Source: Alphaproteobacteria bacterium
GTDB taxonomy: Bacteria; Pseudomonadota; Alphaproteobacteria; Bin95
Assembly (NCBI GenBank): GCA_964291285.2
Contig: OZ219786.1
Span: forward strand, 1,056,001-1,120,000
Length of the DNA stretch: 64,000 bases
Reading direction: 5' to 3'
How positions within the stretch are numbered: the stretch's first letter is position 1; each line of letters begins with the position of its first letter. The notes beneath the pieces were generated by a model. That model was not told the origin of the DNA, did no database searches, and saw nothing but the letters and a program-made list of their open reading frames with translations. Shown here piece after piece: positions 55,281 through 64,000 of this stretch. A program made the translations under genes and the position numbers.

Positions 55281-56222
55281 TCATCCTGCAATGAGTAGTT
55301 GATATGGGATGGGTTGTGTTCTGACGGCGCTGTGAAGGAAGCGTGGGATCATGGAGTTGAGTTGGTATCGTCGGTTGTATCGCCATGCGAAGCTGGCGAG
55401 GTAGCGTTCGGCATGGTCGGGACCGAGCTTTCGGTAGGTTCCGGCGATGGCGCTCTTGATGTTGCCGAGGGTCGTGTTGACCCATTTGAAGGGGGCCATG
55501 CGGGCTGCCCGGCGGCCTGAGCCGGTACGGATGGCGCTGTGGCTTGCGGCGATGCCGTCGAGGGCGTTCCAGCAGTGCAGGGCATCGGTGACGACCTCCG
55601 TCCCCGGGGCCAGCCAGCGTTTGGCGCCGCGCGCGATCTCGCGCTTGCGGAAGCCCCTGACCGGGACGAGCTTGACCTTGCGCGGAGCCCCTTCGGCGCT
55701 GGTCGAGACCGCCGCCACGAAGGGCGTCTTGCCCGGCGCGCCCCGGCCGCGCTTGCCGCCGGAGCGCGACCCGCCGAGATAGGCGTCGTCCATCTCGACC
55801 CGTCCTTCGAGCCGCGTGTCGGCTTCGCGCCGGGCCATCACCGCCATGATCTTCTGCTTCATGCTCCAGGCGGTCGGCTGCCTGACCCCGAGGCGGCGAC
55901 CGAGTTCCACCGACGAAATGCCGTTCTTCGCCGTCACCACAAGGTGGATCGCCGCAAACCACAACGTCAGGGGCAGCTTGGTCGAGTGGAAGATCGTCCC
56001 CGACGTCACCGAAACCTGCTTCTTGCAGCGGTTGCACTGGTAAAGCCTGCGCCCGGCAAGAATGCAGTGCCCCCGATGCCCGCAGGAGCCGCACTCGAAA
56101 CCGTTCGGCCAGCGCAATCGGGCTAGCACCGCCCGGCACTGATCCTCCGTGCCGAACGACGCTCGGAACGCATCGTCGCTCAAGCCACGAACACGCGATG
56201 CAACCTTGAATGCCATATCCAT
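55281..56222 (-). CDS. IS1595-family transposase (DDN type)
   Basis: Zn ribbon CGSC...CNRC, SVTSGTIF, VEMDDAYLGG, VVTD, WVNTTLGNIK, YLASFAWRYNRR. Confidence 0.92.
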   Translation of the reverse strand: MDMAFKVASRVRGLSDDAFRASFGTEDQCRAVLARLRWPNGFECGSCGHRGHCILAGRRLYQCNRCKKQVSVTSGTIFHSTKLPLTLWFAAIHLVVTAKNGISSVELGRRLGVRQPTAWSMKQKIMAVMARREADTRLEGRVEMDDAYLGGSRSGGKRGRGAPGKTPFVAAVSTSAEGAPRKVKLVPVRGFRKREIARGAKRWLAPGTEVVTDALHCWNALDGIAASHSAIRTGSGRRAARMAPFKWVNTTLGNIKSAIAGTYRKLGPDHAERYLASFAWRYNRRYQLNSMIPRFLHSAVRTQPIPYQLLIAG

Positions 56223-56364
56223 GACCTCCCGATAACAGAAACCCTTCCAAACCTACAATCTCACAAGATGACTCTCAAGAATAGGGGATTATAGGGCTAG
56301 CTAGCCAAAAGTGTTGACATTCGCCGGACCTTCTGTCAGATTGGCAGCGTCGATGGAGGCAGAC

Positions 56365-57315
56365 ATGGCAAACTCTCCCGGAAAGTCATACCGCAAGGGC
56401 ATCAGCCTGATTGAACTGGCCGAGATGTTCCCGGATGAGGACGCGGCCAAGCGGTGGTTCGAGGAACAGCGCTGGCCGGATGGAGTGCGGTGCGCGCACT
56501 GCCAGTCCGACCGGGTTTCGGCCTGCAAGGACGCGAAGCCCATGCCCTACCGCTGCAAGGACTGCCGGAAGCATTTCAGCGTCCGCACCAAGTCGGTCAT
56601 GGCCGAGTCGCCCTTGCCGCTCCGCAAGTGGGCGTTCGCCATCTACCTTTGCGCCACGAACCTCAAGGGCGTGTCGAGCATGAAGCTCCACCGCGACCTG
56701 AAAATCGCGCAATCGTCGGCATGGTTCGTCGCGCATCGCATCCGCGAAGCACTGGACGGCGATTACGGCCTGCTTGCCGGGCCGGTGGAGGTCGATGAGA
56801 CCTACATGGGCGGCAAGCGCAAGAACATGCCGGCGCGCAAGCGCAAGGCGCTGCAAGAGGCCGGAGCGGGCCGGGGAACGGTCGGCAAGGCCATCGTCGC
56901 CGGGGCGAAGGATCGGGAGACGGGCAAGGTATCGGCCCGCGTCATTGAGGATACGACCAAGCCGACGCTGCAAGGCTTCGTCCGCGACACCGCCGCGCCG
57001 GGCGCAACGCTCTACACGGATGAGCATGGCAGCTACACCGGAATGCCGGAATACGCGCATGAAGCGGTCAATCATGGCGTCGGCGAGTATGTCCGGGAGA
57101 TGGCGCATGTGAACGGCATGGAATCTTTCTGGAGCATGTTGAAGCGGGGCTATCAGGGAACCTTCCACCACTTCTCCGCGAAGCACCTGCAACGCTATGT
57201 CAACGAGTTTGCGACCCGGCAGGGTCTCCGCCCGCACGACACGGAAGCGATGATGGGCGAGATTGCCGCCCGGATGATCGGCCGCCGCCTCACCTATGCG
57301 CGGTTGACCTCGTGA
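56365..57315 (+). CDS. IS1595-family transposase (DDE type)
   Basis: RWPDGVRCAHC, YRCKDC, VEVDETYMGG, LYTDE, HVNGMESFWSMLKR. Confidence 0.93.
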   Translation: MANSPGKSYRKGISLIELAEMFPDEDAAKRWFEEQRWPDGVRCAHCQSDRVSACKDAKPMPYRCKDCRKHFSVRTKSVMAESPLPLRKWAFAIYLCATNLKGVSSMKLHRDLKIAQSSAWFVAHRIREALDGDYGLLAGPVEVDETYMGGKRKNMPARKRKALQEAGAGRGTVGKAIVAGAKDRETGKVSARVIEDTTKPTLQGFVRDTAAPGATLYTDEHGSYTGMPEYAHEAVNHGVGEYVREMAHVNGMESFWSMLKRGYQGTFHHFSAKHLQRYVNEFATRQGLRPHDTEAMMGEIAARMIGRRLTYARLTS

Positions 57316-58256
57316 GCGCCGTTGTCACGGTCCCTCCGACCGACAAGACACCGGAGGAAATCGCTCAAACGCTCTTCCACGGGCAGAACCGCGCCCGGAC
57401 GACCTTGTATCCCGGCGACTGCCGTGAAGTGCTGGCGGACATGGCGGATGAGAGCGTTCACCTTGTCCTCACGGACCCGCCCTATTTTCTCGACCGGCTG
57501 GATGACGGCTGGTGCCCGGATGACATCGAGCGGTCCAAGCGGAACGCCGACGTCGTGGGTGGCCTGCCTATCGGTATGCGCTTCGACCGGGAGCAAGCGA
57601 AGAACCTGCAAGCGTTTCTGGAGCCCGTCGCGGTCGAGCTTCTGCGCGTCCTGAAACCGGGCGGGTTCCTTCTGCTGTTCGCCGCGCCACGCCTCTACCA
57701 CCGCGCCGCCGTTGCAATAGAGGACGCGGGCTTTGAGGTCCGGGACGCCTTCGCATGGCACTTCACGAAAAAGGCGCAGTTCAAGGCGTTCACGATGGAC
57801 CATTTCGTCAAGCGTCGGGCCGACATGACGGCGGCACAGAAAGCCGACGCGCTTAAGTCGCTGGACGGGCGCCGGACCCCGCAGCTCCGCCCGCAGTTCG
57901 AGGCGATCCTATTCGCACAGAAGCCCCGAGAAGGGACTTTCGTCGATAACTGGCTGGCGCACGAGACCGGCCTTATCGACCCGCGCCACAGCCTGACGGC
58001 GCGCGTTCCTGAAACCGTCATGACGGTCGAGAAGGAAGCGAAGGGACGCTTCAACGGGCATCTGACGCCGAAGCCGGTCAAGCTCTGCGAGCATCTCATC
58101 CGGCTGTTCTCTGCCGAGGGCCAGACCGTGCTTGACCCGTTTGTTGGCTCTGGCACGACATGCCTTGCCGCGCGTCGGACCAAGCGCCGAAGCATCGGCA
58201 TCGACATCAACCCCGCCTACATCGACATCGCCCGCAAGCGGCTGGAGTCGCGGTGA
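57312..58256 (+). CDS. DNA N4-C/N6-A methyltransferase, beta class
   Basis: TDPPY (motif IV) precedes HLTPKP and VLDPFVGSGTT (motif I). Confidence 0.92.
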   Translation: MSAVVTVPPTDKTPEEIAQTLFHGQNRARTTLYPGDCREVLADMADESVHLVLTDPPYFLDRLDDGWCPDDIERSKRNADVVGGLPIGMRFDREQAKNLQAFLEPVAVELLRVLKPGGFLLLFAAPRLYHRAAVAIEDAGFEVRDAFAWHFTKKAQFKAFTMDHFVKRRADMTAAQKADALKSLDGRRTPQLRPQFEAILFAQKPREGTFVDNWLAHETGLIDPRHSLTARVPETVMTVEKEAKGRFNGHLTPKPVKLCEHLIRLFSAEGQTVLDPFVGSGTTCLAARRTKRRSIGIDINPAYIDIARKRLESR

Positions 58257-58840
58257 TGGCCGTCCCTCCGCTGGAGAAGCGCCACGGGCACCGGGGCGTT
58301 GCTCATCTGCGCGTCGCGGTCATGGAGGTCCTGTATGCCGCGAAGAAGGCCGGAGAGTGCCTTGGAGCGGCTGGCATAGGCCGTCGAGCGGGCATCTTCC
58401 GTGAACCCGGCTATGCGGTGAAGCAGGGCAACGACTACATCGTGACGGGCGTCCTCAACTCCCTGGTCAAGGACCGGCTGCTGACGAAATGCACCCAGGC
58501 CAACAGGCGGCCGGGTTGGGAGCTTACCGACGCAGCGTTTCAGCGTCGGGATCAGGAAGTCACGGAAATGCCGGATTGGGGCGGCGACAAGCGCATCATC
58601 GACGCCTACCGGCTGAAGCAATGGGGATTCTGCCCCGGCTGCCTTGCGGTGTTGCCGGAGCGCCCCGACGTCGACCATATCCGGGCGAAGGCGCGAGGCG
58701 GTTCAGACGAGGCGGAGAACAAGCAATTGCTCTGCCCGAACTGCAACCGCCGGCGCGGTGCTAAGCCGTTCGCGCAATTCCTCGCCGAGCGGCTGGAGGA
58801 CGGAAACGAGTGGACCGATTACGAGCCAGAGGATGGCTAG
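58256..58840 (+). CDS. HNH endonuclease with N-terminal helical/wHTH-like region
   Basis: TGATG overlap with the MTase; CPGC...DVDHIRAKARGGSDEAENKQLLCPNCNRRR. Confidence 0.85.
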   Translation: MAVPPLEKRHGHRGVAHLRVAVMEVLYAAKKAGECLGAAGIGRRAGIFREPGYAVKQGNDYIVTGVLNSLVKDRLLTKCTQANRRPGWELTDAAFQRRDQEVTEMPDWGGDKRIIDAYRLKQWGFCPGCLAVLPERPDVDHIRAKARGGSDEAENKQLLCPNCNRRRGAKPFAQFLAERLEDGNEWTDYEPEDG

Positions 58841-59014
58841 CCAACCCTATAATCCCCCAAGAATAAGCAGGAATTTATTTCAAACAAAGAGCTGTACCAA
58901 CGGCTGCAAGCAAAGACCGGCAATGCCGGAGGGGCCGGGTTGCGACTGTCGAGGACACCGCCCGCCGCCACCCGCTCGACGAACCGGTGGAGCTGCTCAG
59001 CCCGACACGCCGCC

Positions 59015-61435
59015 CTACTCCGCTGCGGTCAGGCCGGGGCGGTAGAGGGTACGGGGGGCGGCGCGCTCGTATTTGCGCGCGGGCGTTTCGACGATGTCGG
59101 CGAGCGGGGCGGCCTGGCGGGAGCGCAGGACCTGGATTTCCGGCGGGCGGCCATAGTCCGTGGTGCGCTGGACCGGCCGGCGCCCGGCCGCGCGGATGGT
59201 CTCCTCCATGCGGTGCGGGGCCATTTCCTGCCCGTGGACCGTGCCGGCAGCGCGGGTGATGCTCTCGTTCATCAGCGTGCCGCCGAGGTCGTTCGCGCCG
59301 GCCGCCAGCGCCGCCGAAACGCCTTCCGGCCCCATCTTGACCCAGGAGGTCTGGATGTTGGTGAAGTGCGGCGCCAGCGCGAGCCGCGCGACGGCGTGCA
59401 TCAGCACCGCCTCGCGGAATGTCGGCCCCTTGCGCGCCCGGCCCTTGAGGTAGATCGGCGCTTCCATGTGGACGAACGGCAGCGGCACGAACTCGGTGAA
59501 CCCGCCCGTGCGCGCCTGGAGACCGCGCAGCCGCAGCAGGTGCCGCGCCCAGTGGACCGGCCGCTCGACATGGCCGTACATGATCGTCGTCGTGGACCGG
59601 ATGCCAAGCCCGTGCGCGGTCTCCATGACATCCAGCCATTGCTGCGTGTCGATCTTGTCCGGGCAGATGATGCGCCGCACCTCGTCGTCCAGAACCTCCG
59701 CGGCCGTGCCCGGCAGCGTACCGAGGCCGGCGGCCTTCAGGTCGCGCAGGAACGACTCGACGGAAATGCCCAGCGTGTGCGCGCCCTGGAACACTTCCAG
59801 CGGCGTGAAGGCGTGGACGTGGATGCCGGGCGCGGCCTCCTTCACCGCGTCCAGAATGTCGAGATAGGTGCGGCCCGTATAGTCGGGATGGATGCCGCCC
59901 TGCATGCAGACCTCGGTCGCCCCCCGGTCCCAGGCCTCGGCCACGCGGCGTCGGATTTCGTCGAGGTCGAGGTCGTAGGGACGCCCGCGCAGGTTCTCGG
60001 AGAGCTTGCCCTTCGAGAAGGCGCAGAACTGGCACTTGAAGTAGCAGACATTGGTGTAGTTGATGTTGCGGTTCACCACATAGGTGACGGTATCGCCCGC
60101 GAGCCGCGCGCGGGCCCGGTCGGCCGCCTCGGCAACGGCGTGGAAGTCGTCGTCGCGGGCCTGGAACAGCTGCACGATCCCGGCCTCGTCGAGCGGTGCG
60201 CCCGCTTCGGCATCCGCCAGGACCGCCGCGACCTCCGCGCTTACCGCCCCCCGCCTCAGGATCGGTTCGGGCGTCGTCAGCTCGCCCGGCGACCAGTCGT
60301 CCGGTCGCGCCAGGCCCTCGGAATCGGAGAGCTGCAGGGCGCGGGTCAGCAGGGGCGGCGCCAGCCATTCACCGTTGAGATAGCGCGGATAGGCGGTCAG
60401 CCGCTCGACCAGCTGCTTGCCGGCCGCGGCCGTCTCCCGCGCGAGCACCTCCAGATGCGGCCAGGGGGCTTCCGGGTTGACGAAGTCCGGCGTCACCGGC
60501 GACACGCCGCCCCAGTCGTCGATGCCCGCCGCCACGATCGGCCCGAGCGCGCCCGGCGAAAGGTTGGGCGGCGCCTGGATCGAGGCGGCCGGGCCGAAGA
60601 CCAGCCGGGCGGCGGCGATGGTCCACAGCAGTTCTTCCGGGCCGGGTTCCGGCGCGGCGGCCATTTTCGTGTCGGGCTTGGCGCGGAAGTTCTGGACGAT
60701 GATCTCCTGCACCGCGCCCGTCGCGTCGTCGATTTCGCGCAGCGCCAGCAGCGCCTCGACGCGCTCGCGCCGCGTCTCGCCGATGCCGATCAGGATGCCG
60801 GAGGTGAACGGCACCTTCGCCTCGCCCGCGAGCCGGATGGTCTCAAGCCGGCGGGCCGGCGCTTTGTCGGGCGAGCCGTAGTGCGGCATGCCCTTTTCGC
60901 AGAGCCGGTCCGAGGCGCTCTCCAGCATGATGCCCATCGAGGCCGAAACGCCGCGAAGTTCCGCAAGCTCCTCCGCCGTCATCAGGCCGGGATTGAGGTG
61001 CGGCAGCAGGCCGGTCTCCTCGAAGACCAGCTTCGCCATGGCCTTCAGGTAGTCGAGCGTCGTTTCGTAGCCGAGTTCGGCCAGCGCCTCCCGCGCCGCG
61101 CGGTAGCGCCGCTCCGGCTTGTCGCCGAGCGTGAACAGCGCCTCCTTGCAGCCGGCCGCCGCGCCCGCCCTTGCGATCTCCAGCACCTGCTCCGGCGTCA
61201 TGTAGGCGGCCTCGCCCCGGCGCGGCGGCCTGGCGAAGGTGCAGTAGTGGCAGACGTCGCGGCAGAGATGCGTGAGCGGGATGAACACCTTGCGCGAATA
61301 GCTGATCCGCGGCCCGTGCAGCCGGTCGCGCAGCCGGGCGGCGGCATCCATCAGGCCCTCAAGGTCGCCGCAATCGGCAAGCGCCAGCACCTCTGCGGGC
61401 TCCGGGCGTCGGTCGATAAACTGCACAAGTTCCAT
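59015..61435 (-). CDS. fbiC: Fused FO synthase CofG-CofH (FbiC)
   Basis: Two radical-SAM motifs (CRDVCHYC, CYFKCQFC); SRKVFIPLT, NRNINYTN, GANDLGGTLMNESI. Confidence 0.93.
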   Translation of the reverse strand: MELVQFIDRRPEPAEVLALADCGDLEGLMDAAARLRDRLHGPRISYSRKVFIPLTHLCRDVCHYCTFARPPRRGEAAYMTPEQVLEIARAGAAAGCKEALFTLGDKPERRYRAAREALAELGYETTLDYLKAMAKLVFEETGLLPHLNPGLMTAEELAELRGVSASMGIMLESASDRLCEKGMPHYGSPDKAPARRLETIRLAGEAKVPFTSGILIGIGETRRERVEALLALREIDDATGAVQEIIVQNFRAKPDTKMAAAPEPGPEELLWTIAAARLVFGPAASIQAPPNLSPGALGPIVAAGIDDWGGVSPVTPDFVNPEAPWPHLEVLARETAAAGKQLVERLTAYPRYLNGEWLAPPLLTRALQLSDSEGLARPDDWSPGELTTPEPILRRGAVSAEVAAVLADAEAGAPLDEAGIVQLFQARDDDFHAVAEAADRARARLAGDTVTYVVNRNINYTNVCYFKCQFCAFSKGKLSENLRGRPYDLDLDEIRRRVAEAWDRGATEVCMQGGIHPDYTGRTYLDILDAVKEAAPGIHVHAFTPLEVFQGAHTLGISVESFLRDLKAAGLGTLPGTAAEVLDDEVRRIICPDKIDTQQWLDVMETAHGLGIRSTTTIMYGHVERPVHWARHLLRLRGLQARTGGFTEFVPLPFVHMEAPIYLKGRARKGPTFREAVLMHAVARLALAPHFTNIQTSWVKMGPEGVSAALAAGANDLGGTLMNESITRAAGTVHGQEMAPHRMEETIRAAGRRPVQRTTDYGRPPEIQVLRSRQAAPLADIVETPARKYERAAPRTLYRPGLTAAE

Positions 61436-61515
61436 ACTGGGCGACCTTAGCGGCGGACTGCCGAATGGGGCAAACATATGGCGCAGGCGAACCCTCAGGT
61501 CCATGGGGCGGCGGG

Positions 61516-62268
61516 CTAATATTCGGGCCGGCGCTTCTCCAGGAAGGCGGCGACGCCCTCCCGGAAGTCGGGAGAGGCGCGCACCCGGTCGCCGAGCGCC
61601 TGCTCGCGCGGCTCCTGGGAAAGCGTCCATTCCTCCAGCCCGGCGGTGATCTGTTCCTTGACCGCCTGCACCGCCGCCGGGCTGTTGGCGGCAATCAGCC
61701 GCGCCTTCTCCACCGCCCAGTCCAGAAGCTCCCCGGCCGGCACCACCGCGTTCACCAGCCCGATGGCGCGGGCTTCCTCCGCGTCCAGCAGCCGTCCGGT
61801 CAGGATCATGTCCATGAGATGCACATAGCCGATCTGGCGCACCAGCTTGGTCGCCGCGCCGCCGAAGGGATAGATGCCCCATTTGACCTCGGGCAGGCCG
61901 AAACGGGCATGCGGAGCAGAGGCGCGCAGCTCGGTCGAGATCAGCAATTCGATTCCACCCGCAACGCAGTCTCCGTTGACCGCCGCCACGATGGGCTTGC
62001 GGTAGCGCTTCGTCTTGAGGAGCGCGCGCGCCACCGCCGCCGACGTTTCCGGAGACGCCGAGAGGTCCCCCGACACGTCCGCGCCGCTGCAGAACCCCCT
62101 GTCCCCGGCCCCGGTGAGCACGATGGCGCGCGCCGGCCCGGCCTCCAGTTCGTCCCAGAGGCCGGCGAGATCGACCATCATGGGCCGCGTCATGGCGTTG
62201 CGGCGCGCCTCGTTCTCGATCCGCACGAGCGCCACATGCCCGCCAAGGTCCTCCGTGTGGATACGCAT
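61516..62268 (-). CDS. Enoyl-CoA hydratase/isomerase family
   Basis: FCSGAD, KPIVAAVNGDCVAGGIEL, FGLPEV. Confidence 0.92.
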   Translation of the reverse strand: MRIHTEDLGGHVALVRIENEARRNAMTRPMMVDLAGLWDELEAGPARAIVLTGAGDRGFCSGADVSGDLSASPETSAAVARALLKTKRYRKPIVAAVNGDCVAGGIELLISTELRASAPHARFGLPEVKWGIYPFGGAATKLVRQIGYVHLMDMILTGRLLDAEEARAIGLVNAVVPAGELLDWAVEKARLIAANSPAAVQAVKEQITAGLEEWTLSQEPREQALGDRVRASPDFREGVAAFLEKRRPEY

Positions 62269-62345
62269 CCCGCGGCTTCCTCATCGTCCGCCGCCAAGTC
62301 TATGCTGCACACCGGGCTCCGGAAACACCTGGGGGAAGTCCGAAC

Positions 62346-63356
62346 ATGCCTGCCGTTATTTCTCTCGACGAATGCCGCGCGCTTGCCTTCGACGCCTTTT
62401 CCAATGCGGGCGTCTCCCGCGCCCAGGCGGAGGCGACCGCCGACCACATCACCCGCGCGGAGGCCGACGGCTGCAAGAGCCACGGCCTTTTCCGCCTGCC
62501 GGGCTTCATCGCCTCGGTGCAGAGCGGCAGCCTGGACCCGCAGGCGGAACCTGACATCACCGATGCCGCGCCCGGCCTCGTGGCCATAGACGGCCGGCGC
62601 TGTCTCGCGCCGCTGTCGGTCGCGCGCGGGCGCGTGCTGCTGGCGGAGAAGGCCCGCGCCCAGGGCGTCGCCTGCATGACGCTTCGGAACTCGCTCAACT
62701 TTTCGGCCTTGTGGCCGGATATCGAGCCTCTCGCCGAGGAAGGGTTCGTGGCGTTCACCTTCATCAATTCGCAGAGCTTCGTGGCGCCTGCGGGCGGCAC
62801 CAAAGCCCTGTTCGGCACCAATCCGATGGCGTTTGCCTGTCCGCGCGCCGGCGGCCGGCCGCCGATGGTCTTCGACCAGGCGTCTTCGGCAACCGCGCGG
62901 GGGGAACTCCAGATTGCGGCGCGGGACGGCCATGAGGCGCCGCCCGGCGCCGGCCTCGGCCCGGACGGGCAGCCCACCACCGATCCCTCGGAGATCCTGA
63001 AAGGCGTGCAGCTGCCGTTCGGCGGCTACAAGGGCTCGGCCATCGCACTCATGGTGGAGCTTATGACCGGAGGCCTCTCCGGCGGCTTCTTCGGCTATGA
63101 AAGCAGGACCGCCTACAAGGATGACGGCGGACCCGCCAACACCTGCCAGTCCTTCATCGCCATCGATCCGGTCCGGCTCGCAGGCCCCGGATTCACCGCG
63201 CATGTCGAGGCGCTGTTCGAACGGCTGCTTGCCGACGGCGATGCGCGGCTGCCGGGTGACCGGCGCCTTGCAAACCGCGCCCGCACGGCCGAAGAGGGCA
63301 TTACGGTCGAAGAGAAGCTTTACGCCACCGTGCGCGAGCTCGCCGGCAGAGGGTAG
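62346..63356 (+). CDS. Ldh_2 family oxidoreductase (ComC/DpkA-like)
   Basis: SHGLFRL, FGTNPMAF, LPFGGYKGSAIALMVE, RLPG. Confidence 0.9.
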   Translation: MPAVISLDECRALAFDAFSNAGVSRAQAEATADHITRAEADGCKSHGLFRLPGFIASVQSGSLDPQAEPDITDAAPGLVAIDGRRCLAPLSVARGRVLLAEKARAQGVACMTLRNSLNFSALWPDIEPLAEEGFVAFTFINSQSFVAPAGGTKALFGTNPMAFACPRAGGRPPMVFDQASSATARGELQIAARDGHEAPPGAGLGPDGQPTTDPSEILKGVQLPFGGYKGSAIALMVELMTGGLSGGFFGYESRTAYKDDGGPANTCQSFIAIDPVRLAGPGFTAHVEALFERLLADGDARLPGDRRLANRARTAEEGITVEEKLYATVRELAGRG

Positions 63357-63432
63357 CGCGGCTTCCGGGACCCGCTGTCTTGCGCTAGGGTCCGGCTAAT
63401 CGACCGTGAACGCCGGAGAGGGAACCCGCCCG

Positions 63433-64000
63433 ATGGACTTCGAATACAACGACCGGACGAAGGAGCTGGTCGGCCGCGTCCAGGACTTCATGGACCGCTA
63501 CGTCTATCCGAACGAAGAGGTCTATTACGAACAGCTGGACGAGGGCGACAACCGCTGGAAGGTCATCCCGATCCTGGAGGAGCTGAAGGAGAAGGCGCGC
63601 GAGGAGGGGCTCTGGAACCTGTTCCTGCCCGAAAGCGAACTCGGCGGCGGCCTCACCAATCTCGAATACGCCCCGGTCTGCGAGGTCATGGGCCGGATCA
63701 ACTGGGCCCCGGAAGTCTTCAACTGCTCGGCTCCCGACACCGGCAACATGGAGGTGCTGGAGCGCTACGGCACGCCGGAGCAGAAGAAGCAGTGGCTGGA
63801 ACCGCTGCTGGCGGGCGAAATCCGCTCCGCCTTCGCCATGACGGAGCCGCGCGTCGCCTCCTCCGACGCCACCAATATCGAGAGCCGGATCGAGCGCGAC
63901 GGCGACGAATATGTCATCAACGGGCGCAAATGGTGGACCTCCGGCATCGGCGACCCGCGCTGCAAGATCCTGATCTTCATGGGCAAGAACGACCCGGACG
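63433..64000 (+). CDS. Acyl-CoA dehydrogenase, partial
   Basis: Manual translation [12 protein letters not shown]...GLWNLFLP...[18 protein letters not shown]...SAFAMTEP...NGRKWWTSG. Confidence 0.92.
   Translation, partial: MDFEYNDRTKELVGRVQDFMDRYVYPNEEVYYEQLDEGDNRWKVIPILEELKEKAREEGLWNLFLPESELGGGLTNLEYAPVCEVMGRINWAPEVFNCSAPDTGNMEVLERYGTPEQKKQWLEPLLAGEIRSAFAMTEPRVASSDATNIESRIERDGDEYVINGRKWWTSGIGDPRCKILIFMGKNDPD

Larger units (their letters stand above)
56284..58857 (+). mobile_element. Inner IS1595-family transporter element carrying MTase and HNH passengers (2574 bp)
   Basis: 24-bp IRs GGGGATTATAGGG(C/T)T(A/G)GCTAGCCA; 8-bp TSD CAAGAATA at 56276-56283 and 58858-58865. Confidence 0.92.
55263..58871 (-). 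mobile_element. Outer IS1595-family element, with a second IS1595 nested in its upstream IR
   Basis: Ends CCTGCTTATTCT / AGAATAAGCAGG; 8-bp TSD AATTTATT at 55255-55262 and 58872-58879. Confidence 0.9.

Noticed and set aside
53921-58840. TerS-like gene, MTase and HNH as a prophage packaging module
   Set aside because: The MTase and HNH lie within IS1595 IRs with their own TSD and on the opposite strand; there are no TerL, portal or capsid genes
59015-62284. 1089-aa ORF suggesting an N-terminally extended FbiC
   Set aside because: The extension overlaps the enoyl-CoA hydratase in another frame and is low-complexity; the likely start is 61435

Overview
High-GC chromosomal window, most likely from an alphaproteobacterium (inferred from the rpsF-rpsR-DUF2232-rplI order, divergent fabD, DUF1491 and gltBD). 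The backbone is housekeeping and catabolic: gltBD, ilvD, hydA, a Co-type nitrile hydratase cluster, an ABC transporter with nucleobase/nucleoside-processing enzymes, a TRAP transporter, CoA transferases, acyl-CoA dehydrogenases, tandem cfa-like methyltransferases, a fused FO synthase (fbiC/cofGH) and an iodotyrosine-deiodinase-like nitroreductase. There are two type II TA-like pairs. Five IS elements can be delimited by IRs and target duplications: two near-identical inverted IS1634 copies (one splits sulP), one IS3, and two nested IS1595 elements. The inner IS1595 carries a DNA methyltransferase and an HNH gene. The most unusual signal is a dispersed element present twice (about 12.73-13.18 kb on +, about 53.91-55.23 kb on -). 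It consists of a promoter-like motif, a conserved 250-300 nt leader with predicted structure, an orphan terminase-small-subunit-like gene (intact in one copy, internally deleted in the other) and an identical 36-nt end holding three CATGACA heptamers at 10-bp spacing. No phage genes, transposase, IRs or TSD belong to it. All family calls come from motif recognition by eye; no searches were run.
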